This document shows positions 1 to 4,366 of a DNA stretch of 5,037 nt, piece by piece. A program made the position numbers and the translations under genes. Location of the stretch: IMG/VR virus record IMGVR_UViG_2548877009_000019; one strand, given 5' to 3'. The notes under the pieces are model-generated. The model was not told where the DNA came from. It searched no databases and was given only the letters and a program-made list of their open reading frames with translations. How positions within the stretch are numbered: the first letter of the stretch is position 1; every line of letters starts with the position of its first letter. The stretch comes from a virus. Lineage: Duplodnaviria; Heunggongvirae; Uroviricota; Caudoviricetes.

Positions 1-1230
1 ATGAGCAGAGCACTTAACAAACTGAGCGATACACAGCTGAGGAAAATCAACGGCACACCCGCCCAAAAAACAGCCTTTCTTAATGACGGTGGAAACCTGA
101 GCGTCAGGCATTCAACCAGTGGCCTTTTAACCTGGTATTTCACTTACAGGGCCGGAACGGGAAGGGGGGCACCACCGGAACGCATTAAGCTGGGAAATTA
201 TCCTGATCTGAGCCTGAAATCAGCCAGGGAAAAAGCCGCCCAGTGTCGCGCATGGCTGGCAGAGGGGAAAAATCCACGTCATGAAATGAATTACACCGTA
301 CAGGAAGCGTTAAAGCCGGTAACGGTTGGCGATGCGCTCACCTACTGGCTTGAGTCGTACGCAAAGGAAAACCGTGTGGATTATGACCCACTGAAAAAGC
401 GGCTAAATAATCACGTAATACAGCACATTGGCCCTATGCCGCTGGATAAATGCGAGCTACGGCACTGGCTGGCCTGTTTTGATCGGGTGGCAAAGAAAGT
501 CCCTGTTTCCGCCGGGTTCCTGCTACAGACATGCAAGCAGGCGCTTAAGTTTTGCAGGAAGCGGCGCTATGCAATCAGCAACGTTCTTGATGATATGAGT
601 GTGGCGGACGTTGGGAAAAAACCGGATATAAGTGAGCGTGTCTTAAGTAACAAAGAACTTGGCGAATTATTGCAGGCACTGGACAAAAAAATATTTTCCC
701 CTTACTACGTCGCACTAATCCGCCTCCTGATTGTTTTCGGATGCCGGACAGTAGAACTGAGGTTATCGGAGATCGGCGAGTGGGATTTTACCGAAATGCT
801 CTGGACCGTTCCGAAGGAGCACAGCAAAACGAAGGTAGCCATATTCCGGCCCATACCGGAAGCGATACTGCCGTTCGTCACGCAGCTGGTGGAGCAGAAC
901 AGGCACACGGGCTTATTGCTGGGGGAAGTGAAACAGGAAACCAGCGTATCGCAGTACGGCAGATTGGTGCACAGGAGGCTTAAACACCCTCACTGGTCAC
1001 TGCATGACATCCGGCGCACCTTTACAACCATGCTGAACGATTTAGGCGTTGATCCTCACGTCGTGGAGCAGCTTACAGGCCACCAGATGCCAGGAATGCA
1101 ACGCGTGTACAACCATTCCCGCTATATTGATGCGAAACGCAATGCGCTTGATATGTGGGTGGAGCGGTTGGAGATACTGGCGGGAACACATGAAAACGTA
1201 ACCACGCTACCAGTAACCAGAATAAAATAA
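1..1230 (+). CDS. int: Tyrosine-type site-specific integrase, P4-like phage integrase family
   Basis: 409-aa ORF starting at the first base of the window. C-terminal region carries the tyrosine-recombinase signature (LHDIRRTF, then HQMPGMQRVYNHSRY with a candidate catalytic Tyr). Size and N-terminal arm-binding-like region fit P4-type integrases. Internal ORFs on other frames (705-908 minus, 741-983 plus) are overlapping artefacts. Confidence 0.9.
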   Translation: MSRALNKLSDTQLRKINGTPAQKTAFLNDGGNLSVRHSTSGLLTWYFTYRAGTGRGAPPERIKLGNYPDLSLKSAREKAAQCRAWLAEGKNPRHEMNYTVQEALKPVTVGDALTYWLESYAKENRVDYDPLKKRLNNHVIQHIGPMPLDKCELRHWLACFDRVAKKVPVSAGFLLQTCKQALKFCRKRRYAISNVLDDMSVADVGKKPDISERVLSNKELGELLQALDKKIFSPYYVALIRLLIVFGCRTVELRLSEIGEWDFTEMLWTVPKEHSKTKVAIFRPIPEAILPFVTQLVEQNRHTGLLLGEVKQETSVSQYGRLVHRRLKHPHWSLHDIRRTFTTMLNDLGVDPHVVEQLTGHQMPGMQRVYNHSRYIDAKRNALDMWVERLEILAGTHENVTTLPVTRIK

Positions 1231-1247
1231 TTTTTTTCGTGTTTTTT

Positions 1248-1263
1248 CAGTATGCGCATACTG
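1248..1263. promoter_or_regulatory. Perfect 16-bp palindrome CAGTATGCGCATACTG just downstream of the int stop codon; candidate protein-binding site
   Basis: Read directly: the sequence equals its own reverse complement. The T-runs lie 5' of it on the plus strand and A-runs 3' of it on the minus strand, so it is not an intrinsic terminator on either strand. Confidence 0.3.
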
Positions 1264-1278
1264 GATAAGTGCACAGAT

Positions 1279-1313
1279 ACAACGTGAAACAATGTGCAAC
1301 AACGTGACACAAT
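1279..1313 (+). repeat. Two 15-bp direct repeats ACAACGTGA(A/C)ACAAT, 20 bp start to start; candidate recombinase or AlpA binding sites
   Basis: Copies at 1279-1293 and 1299-1313 differ at one position. The overlapping motif TGACACAATCA (1305-1315) recurs at 1535-1545 in the alpA upstream region. Confidence 0.5.
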
Positions 1314-1410
1314 CACGAACAAGAGGCCAAAAAGAATACAGATTTGTAAGTTACTGATTTTTAATGCTCAGCTGGTTTTTTATACATTAGTGAATTACGC
1401 GTTAAAGCGT

Positions 1411-1450
1411 GCGAAAAAAGGCATAAAACAAGATTTTATGCCTTTGTATT
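1411..1450. terminator. Bidirectional intrinsic-terminator-like hairpin between int and alpA
   Basis: Perfect 9-bp stem GGCATAAAA / TTTTATGCC (1420-1428 and 1434-1442) with 5-nt loop. Followed by TTTGTATT on the plus strand and by TTTTTTCGC on the minus strand (complement of 1411-1419). Stem is AT-rich, so strength is uncertain. Confidence 0.45.
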
Positions 1451-1514
1451 AACATGAATTTAAATGATTTTATCCTGATTGTTCCTCTTTCTGTAAACCA
1501 TGCGACACCAACAT

Positions 1515-1543
1515 TTGCCAACTCTGAATCATCCTGACACAAT
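1515..1543 (+). promoter_or_regulatory. Candidate sigma70 promoter for alpA (TTGCCA, 17-bp spacer, CACAAT)
   Basis: Hexamers read from the sequence about 60 bp upstream of the alpA start. The -10 matches consensus at only 4 of 6 positions and overlaps the TGACACAATCA repeat. Confidence 0.25.
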
Positions 1544-1604
1544 CAGACACATCCCAACGCAATAGAACACGAAATAACTCTTTAAGAAACGAAAGGGGGC
1601 AATA

Positions 1605-1793
1605 GTGTTAAGCACTGATCGGTTTATACGTGAAAAAGAATGCGAAAAGCTAACAGGCCTTAGCCGCTCATGCCGCTACCGCCTGGAAAAGGCCGGACAA
1701 TTCCCATCACGTCGTAAACTTGGTGGGCGTTCTGTTGGCTGGTCTTTATCTGAGGTTTTGGCCTGGAAGGATAGCTGCAAGGCAGTTCACTAA
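1605..1793 (+). CDS. alpA: AlpA-family phage regulatory protein (small DNA-binding transcriptional regulator)
   Basis: 62 codons from a GTG start at 1605, preceded by AGGGGG (1594-1599) with a 5-nt spacer. The translation contains the AlpA-type pattern (TGLSRS..YRL...G.FP...KLG.RSVGW..SEV..W). Sits immediately after int in the same orientation, as is typical. Confidence 0.85.
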   Translation: MLSTDRFIREKECEKLTGLSRSCRYRLEKAGQFPSRRKLGGRSVGWSLSEVLAWKDSCKAVH

Positions 1794-1934
1794 AAAGACT
1801 GGCGGCACACAGTCGCCACACATCCACTAATACAGAGATATAACTATGAAGATTGAATATGCGCCCGAACGTGGGCGGGGATTCGTTCGCCCTGGTGAAA
1901 CTGAAAAACAACAAAATTGGGGTTTTTCAGGCAT

Positions 1935-1962
1935 AAAAAAAGCGGCCCCGATATGGAGCCGC
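1935..1962 (-). terminator. Minus-strand intrinsic terminator downstream of the 2037-2240 minus-strand sORF
   Basis: Hairpin GCGGCCCC / GGAGCCGC (1942-1949 and 1955-1962; 8-bp stem with one mismatch, 5-nt loop GATAT). On the minus strand it is followed by seven U (complement of A-run 1935-1941). On the plus strand only a weak CTTTCT follows. Confidence 0.5.
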
Positions 1963-2036
1963 CTTTCTGAACAATTAACCTGCTGCGCCTTATGTGTATG
2001 TGATCCCAAACATAAGCACGGGAATGATAGCCGCTA

Positions 2037-2240
2037 TCAGGCTGGTGGGCAATTACCTTGCTTGTTGGGGCCGTATTGTGCTGCCATTTTCATCCGTTCA
2101 GAACGTGAATATTTTTTTAGAAACTCATCAAGGACAAAAGCGCATGGAGCGAATCTTTCTGATTCATGCTCGAGCGCCATATTTTCGTGCTCTCTGTTCG
2201 TTTTTTGCGATGGTGTATTGGTTGATTCTTTATTGGTCAT
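2037..2240 (-). CDS. Hypothetical small protein (67 aa, starts MTN); paralogous in position and 5' sequence to the 2698-2925 ORF
   Basis: Minus-strand ORF whose start is preceded by the conserved 45-bp leader repeat. Shares ATGACCAA and CACCAATACA with the 2698-2925 ORF at the DNA level. Has a downstream minus-strand terminator. The Shine-Dalgarno is weak (AGG about 9 nt upstream), so translation is uncertain. Confidence 0.3.
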   Translation of the reverse strand: MTNKESTNTPSQKTNREHENMALEHESERFAPCAFVLDEFLKKYSRSERMKMAAQYGPNKQGNCPPA

Positions 2241-2248
2241 TGTGTGTA

Positions 2249-2293
2249 CCTGTAAAGCAATGCGCCGGAGTTCCTCACGCCACGGCGCTGATG
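2249..2293. repeat. 45-bp repeat, copy A (CCTGTAAAGCAATGCGCCGGAGTTCCTCACGCCACGGCGCTGATG), forming the leader of the 2037-2240 sORF
   Basis: Matches copy B at 2934-2979 with 2 mismatches over 45 bp. On the minus strand it contains an inverted repeat GCGCCG-N15-CGGCGC. Flanking homology extends about 50 bp to the right (ATTCTTTGG...). Confidence 0.8.
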
Positions 2294-2297
2294 TTTT

Positions 2298-2402
2298 TTA
2301 TTCTTTGGGTTCAATACCGCGTTGCTGTAATTCTTTTCGGATTATTCGTTTTATCCAAGCTGCTAAAGAGTCATCACCGTCTTGTTGTTGTGCTTTTTCC
2401 AT
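2298..2402 (-). pseudogene. Possible truncated/diverged paralog (34 codons) of the 2983-3162 small basic protein
   Basis: Hand translation of the minus strand gives MEKAQQQDGDDSLAAWIKRIIRKELQQRGIEPKE. Its 3' end and the following DNA are homologous to the 3' end of the 2983-3162 gene (...CCCAAAGAATAA versus ...ACCAAAGAATCAGAATAA). The N-terminal two-thirds is missing. Confidence 0.25.
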
Positions 2403-2470
2403 CTTTTCCCGTAAGTCAGGATCTAAACGGAACTGGAAAGGAGGATTACCACGCCTTTCATTTTTGTGTG

Positions 2471-2498
2471 TTGACATGTCAATTACACCCCATATAAT
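2471..2498 (+). promoter_or_regulatory. Near-consensus sigma70 promoter (TTGACA, 16-bp spacer, TATAAT), plus strand
   Basis: TTGACA at 2471-2476 and TATAAT at 2493-2498, read directly. A perfect 12-bp palindrome GTGTATATACAC lies just downstream at 2507-2518 (candidate operator). Predicted start site near 2505. Confidence 0.6.
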
Positions 2499-2530
2499 GT
2501 GTTTATGTGTATATACACATTACACACAAC

Positions 2531-2577
2531 TAGCACAAAAAACAACGCCCCGCAGTGATGGGAACACATACGGGGCG
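2531..2577 (-). terminator. Minus-strand intrinsic terminator for the minus-strand sORF operon; same hairpin as module copy 1
   Basis: Stem CGCCCCG / CGGGGCG (2546-2552 and 2571-2577) with 18-nt loop. On the minus strand it is followed by UUGUUUUUUGUG (complement of 2531-2545). Confidence 0.5.
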
Positions 2578-2611
2578 TCTAACCAAACCATTAATTGAGG
2601 TAACGATTATG
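2545..2611 (+). repeat. Leader module copy 1: GC-stem hairpin (18-nt loop), TCTAACCAA, Shine-Dalgarno GAGGT, ATG (2609)
   Basis: Aligns with copy 2 (3291-3356) and, in architecture, with copy 3 (3658-3725). The ORF that starts here (MAIKEHSLLFIHTQT...) matches the P2/P3 N-termini only to HTQT and then diverges, so it looks like a degenerate copy. Confidence 0.6.
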
Positions 2612-2655
2612 GCTATAAAAGAGCATAGCTTACTCTTTATACACACACAAACGCC

Positions 2656-2695
2656 CCGGAAACGGAATAATCCGTTTCATAGTTCGGTTTTGTGT
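2656..2695 (+). terminator. Weak plus-strand terminator-like hairpin ending the short transcript from the 2471-2498 promoter
   Basis: Inner stem GAAACGGA / TCCGTTTC (2659-2666 and 2671-2678, loop ATAA), outer CCG/CGG closure, then UUUUGUGU (2688-2695). The U-run is separated from the main stem by an internal loop. Confidence 0.3.
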
Positions 2696-2697
2696 AC

Positions 2698-2925
2698 TCA
2701 TCCTGGCGGGCGATTCTTACGGGACTTTAGCCGCCGTGGGCAGCTTGCTAAAAATGCCTCCAACGCGAATAGTCCAGGTTTCATTTCTATCGGTATTAGT
2801 TGGATATTCAGAGGATTAGCCAGTTCGGCTTCAAGGCGAGCACAGGTTTCTAACTGCCTTTGCCGAATGATTTCATCTTCTTGCGTCTGCGTGTCTTGTA
2901 TTGGTGATAGTGTGTTGTTGGTCAT
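2698..2925 (-). CDS. Hypothetical small protein (75 aa, starts MTN)
   Basis: Minus-strand ORF immediately downstream of the 2983-3162 gene, separated from it by the 45-bp repeat copy B. Followed on the minus strand by the 2531-2577 terminator. Paralogous start to the 2037-2240 ORF. Weak Shine-Dalgarno. Confidence 0.35.
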   Translation of the reverse strand: MTNNTLSPIQDTQTQEDEIIRQRQLETCARLEAELANPLNIQLIPIEMKPGLFALEAFLASCPRRLKSRKNRPPG

Positions 2926-2933
2926 GGTACTGC

Positions 2934-2979
2934 CCTGTAAAGCAATGCGCCGTAGTACCTCACGCCACGGCGCTGATGG
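2934..2979. repeat. 45-bp repeat, copy B, in the 57-bp spacer between the 2983-3162 and 2698-2925 minus-strand genes
   Basis: Matches copy A (2249-2293) with 2 mismatches. Forms GCGCCG-N15-CGGCGC on the minus strand. Confidence 0.8.
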
Positions 2980-2982
2980 TGA

Positions 2983-3162
2983 TTATTCTGATTCTTTGGT
3001 CTTGCGGCGCTGGCGGCGTTTGATTTCGCCGCGCATGGCTGCGTTTATAAACTGCCCCGTGCTTTCACCTTCTTCTTTCACGTTCTCCATGCCTTCAATA
3101 ATTTCATGGGCAATACGTGCAGTTACAGATTGTGATTTTGCATTCTTTGGACCCGTTGCCAT
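2983..3162 (-). CDS. Small basic protein (59 aa, MATGPKNAKSQSVTARIAHEIIEGMENVKEEGESTGQFINAAMRGEIKRRQRRKTKESE); candidate regulator
   Basis: Start placed at the internal ATG (plus 3160-3162) because it has a strong Shine-Dalgarno GAGGGG with 6-nt spacer; the longer track ORF to 3201 has none. Divergent from the plus-strand operon across an operator-like region. Lys/Arg-rich C-terminal tail. Regulatory role is inference. Confidence 0.55.
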   Translation of the reverse strand: MATGPKNAKSQSVTARIAHEIIEGMENVKEEGESTGQFINAAMRGEIKRRQRRKTKESE

Positions 3163-3182
3163 GTTTAACCCCTCATGTTTTT

Positions 3183-3264
3183 GGTGTAAGACAATATACA
3201 CGAAAAAAAAATATTTTGAAGGGTTGACGTGTAAGACACCGTTATTTTACATTGTGTCTTACAC
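3183..3264. promoter_or_regulatory. Divergent promoter/operator region with GTGT-N3-ACAC palindromic motifs
   Basis: GTGTAAGACA (3184-3193), GTGTAAGACAC (3229-3239) and its exact inverted copy GTGTCTTACAC (3254-3264). A -35-like TTGACG at 3224-3229 overlaps the second motif; the -10 is poor (TTACAT/TACATT). Confidence 0.5.
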
Positions 3265-3290
3265 CTTGTTAATGCAAGGTACAGAAAAGA

Positions 3291-3356
3291 CGAAACCCCG
3301 CAGTGCTGGAACACATACGGGCTTCTAACCAACAACGTAAACTAGGAGCCGTTATG
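3291..3356 (+). repeat. Leader module copy 2: hairpin AACCCCG / CGGGCTT (17-nt loop), CTAACCAA, Shine-Dalgarno AGGAG, ATG (3354)
   Basis: About 90% identical to copy 1 over roughly 40 bp. Outer stem positions differ from copy 1 in a way that keeps pairing (A-U pairs replacing G-C pairs) with one internal mismatch. Confidence 0.7.
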
Positions 3357-3537
3357 GTTGCTGTAAATCATATACCACACCTTGTACACACACAAACTGC
3401 CTTTGTGTGGCGTTTTCTGGCACTGAATATCGGAGAAAAAAACCAGTTGATCGCCAGTGTCGAAAATAGCTATGATTCCCGCGCACCTCATAAAACGGGT
3501 GCCGGGATTGGCGTCCTGGGCAAAACTGAAGCGCATA
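3354..3537 (+). other. P3-paralogous short ORF (MVAVNHIPHLVHTQTAFVWRF...) with no in-frame stop before the 3538-3560 terminator; leader peptide or decayed paralog
   Basis: Good Shine-Dalgarno (AGGAG). N-terminal roughly 30 codons are paralogous to the 3723-3911 ORF with several synonymous differences. The frame runs without a stop through the terminator to 3911, so the 202-aa track ORF is unlikely to be one real protein. Confidence 0.3.
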
Positions 3538-3560
3538 ACACGCGCCCCGCGTGTTTTTTT
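3538..3560 (+). terminator. Strong Rho-independent terminator (ACACGCG-CCC-CGCGTGT followed by a T-run)
   Basis: Perfect 7-bp GC-rich stem (3538-3544 and 3548-3554), 3-nt loop, T-tract through 3560. Plus-strand specific. Lies inside the 3303-3911 track ORF and upstream of the small-ORF operon. Confidence 0.75.
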
Positions 3561-3657
3561 GTGCCGCATAGTCACACCTTATCAATGGTGGGCTGTACGG
3601 GGGCGGAGCAATCCGCGCCGGTTTCTTCAGTGTCCGGTTACGCCAACCCTGTACAGT

Positions 3658-3725
3658 CCGCCACCAGCGAAATTGGCGTTTCCGGTGGCGGTTATCTTAA
3701 CCACACTGAGGAGGCTGCCAACATG
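3658..3725 (+). repeat. Leader module copy 3: hairpin CCGCCACC / GGTGGCGG (18-nt loop), TCTTAACCAC, Shine-Dalgarno GAGGAGG, ATG (3723)
   Basis: Perfect 8-bp stem at 3658-3665 and 3684-3691. Same architecture and spacing as copies 1 and 2 but with a completely different stem sequence. Confidence 0.6.
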
Positions 3726-3911
3726 GCTACTATCCCTACCCTTGTACATTCTCAAACCGCCTTTCTCTGGCGCTTTATCATCTTTGGCGCGTCAGAACAT
3801 CAAATCATCCACGTAACCGCCTGGACGGAACGCGAAGCGCGTAGCCGTTGCCCGTCAGGTTGTGTTGCTGTATTTGCCGCCCGTATTCGTCAGGAGGTGC
3901 GCCATGATTAA
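3723..3911 (+). CDS. Hypothetical small protein (62 aa, MATIPTLVHSQTAFLWRF...); first gene of the small-ORF operon
   Basis: Strong Shine-Dalgarno GAGGAGG (3708-3714) with 8-nt spacer. Stop overlaps the next start (ATGATTAA). Paralogous N-terminus to the 3354 ORF with synonymous third-position differences. Confidence 0.6.
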   Translation: MATIPTLVHSQTAFLWRFIIFGASEHQIIHVTAWTEREARSRCPSGCVAVFAARIRQEVRHD

Positions 3912-4116
3912 TCTGTCACTTACTGACCTTAACCGCATTCAGTTTCGTGAGAAATTCACAGGGCAGCTACTGGTCAATGTGGATAAAGGTCGCGTGGTGT
4001 GTAATTACCACTTACCAGATGAAGCAATTGTCGCCACAAGGGAATCATTACAGGAAATCACAAAACGTGCCGGAATGATTAACACGAATATTCAGGGGAT
4101 GCTTTATGCACAATAA
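3904..4116 (+). CDS. Hypothetical small protein (70 aa, MINLSLTDLNRIQFREKF...)
   Basis: ATG at 3904 preceded by GGAGG (3893-3897, 6-nt spacer). Translationally coupled to the genes on both sides. The track's upstream extension to 3862 has no ribosome-binding site. Confidence 0.65.
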   Translation: MINLSLTDLNRIQFREKFTGQLLVNVDKGRVVCNYHLPDEAIVATRESLQEITKRAGMINTNIQGMLYAQ

Positions 4117-4366
4117 AACCACACCGGACGCAGCCGCCGAAGCCATCAAAACGCTGATGCACGCGCTGATTGATATTTCTGTTATCGCGGACAGGGCACA
4201 TAAGCACGCCACCAGCGAAACAGAATATGCCGGGGCTTTCGTTCCTCACTCACTGGCTGTTATGCAATTTAGTGCTGATATGGCACTGAATGAGGCTAAA
4301 ACCATCCTGATTACTGATTGTGAAAATGGGGGGGGGTTATGCTTGATGATCGTTTTAATTCCCTGA
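4106..4366 (+). CDS. Hypothetical small protein (86 aa) whose C-terminus runs through a G9 tract
   Basis: ATG at 4106 preceded by AGGGGA (6-nt spacer); overlaps the upstream stop. The 3' end depends on the G9 tract at 4328-4336, so its true C-terminus is uncertain. Confidence 0.55.
   Translation: MHNKTTPDAAAEAIKTLMHALIDISVIADRAHKHATSETEYAGAFVPHSLAVMQFSADMALNEAKTILITDCENGGGLCLMIVLIP
4328..4336. repeat. Homopolymeric G9 tract at the junction of the 4106 and 4339 ORFs
   Basis: Nine consecutive G counted directly. One extra G would fuse the two ORFs in frame; one fewer would truncate the upstream ORF just before the downstream ATG. Confidence 0.9.

Noticed and set aside
1-1230. A tRNA gene or att core within the window
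   Set aside because: No tRNA-like cloverleaf sequence is apparent. The integrase starts at base 1, so the attachment site is presumably upstream of the window and cannot be assessed.
1248-1263. Palindrome after int as the int terminator
   Set aside because: The T-runs are 5' of the hairpin on the plus strand and the minus strand has A-runs after it, so it does not fit an intrinsic terminator. The 1411-1450 hairpin is the better candidate.
1846-2598. 250-aa plus-strand ORF (also the nested 1994-2497 ORF)
   Set aside because: Cys/Ser-rich low-complexity translation, no Shine-Dalgarno, and it runs through a terminator, a promoter and the repeats. It is antisense to better-supported minus-strand features, so it is most likely a spurious open frame.
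2983-3201. Longer 72-aa version of the minus-strand small protein starting at 3201
   Set aside because: No ribosome-binding site precedes the upstream ATG, whereas the internal ATG at 3162 has GAGGGG at ideal spacing.
2555-3328. 257-aa plus-strand ORF
   Set aside because: Only its first roughly 15 codons resemble the paralogous peptide. The rest is antisense to the two minus-strand genes, crosses a terminator-like hairpin and promoter/operator elements, and has a low-complexity translation.
3342-3585. Two 77-aa minus-strand ORFs
   Set aside because: Antisense to the structured leader and terminator region, no Shine-Dalgarno, and no plausible promoter.
2249-3725. CRISPR array or type III toxin-antitoxin RNA repeats
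   Set aside because: The repeats are few (2-3 copies), hundreds of bp apart, unequal in spacing, and embedded in different contexts. There is no regular repeat-spacer periodicity and no adjacent cas or toxN-like gene.
3457-3816. 119-aa plus-strand ORF
   Set aside because: Pro/Arg-rich low-complexity translation in an alternative frame spanning the terminator and hairpin module 3; no ribosome-binding site.
3303-3911. 202-aa plus-strand ORF as a single gene
   Set aside because: A strong intrinsic terminator (3538-3560) and a second complete leader module with its own Shine-Dalgarno and ATG (3723) lie inside it. The simpler reading is a short upstream ORF or leader plus a separate 62-aa gene at 3723-3911.
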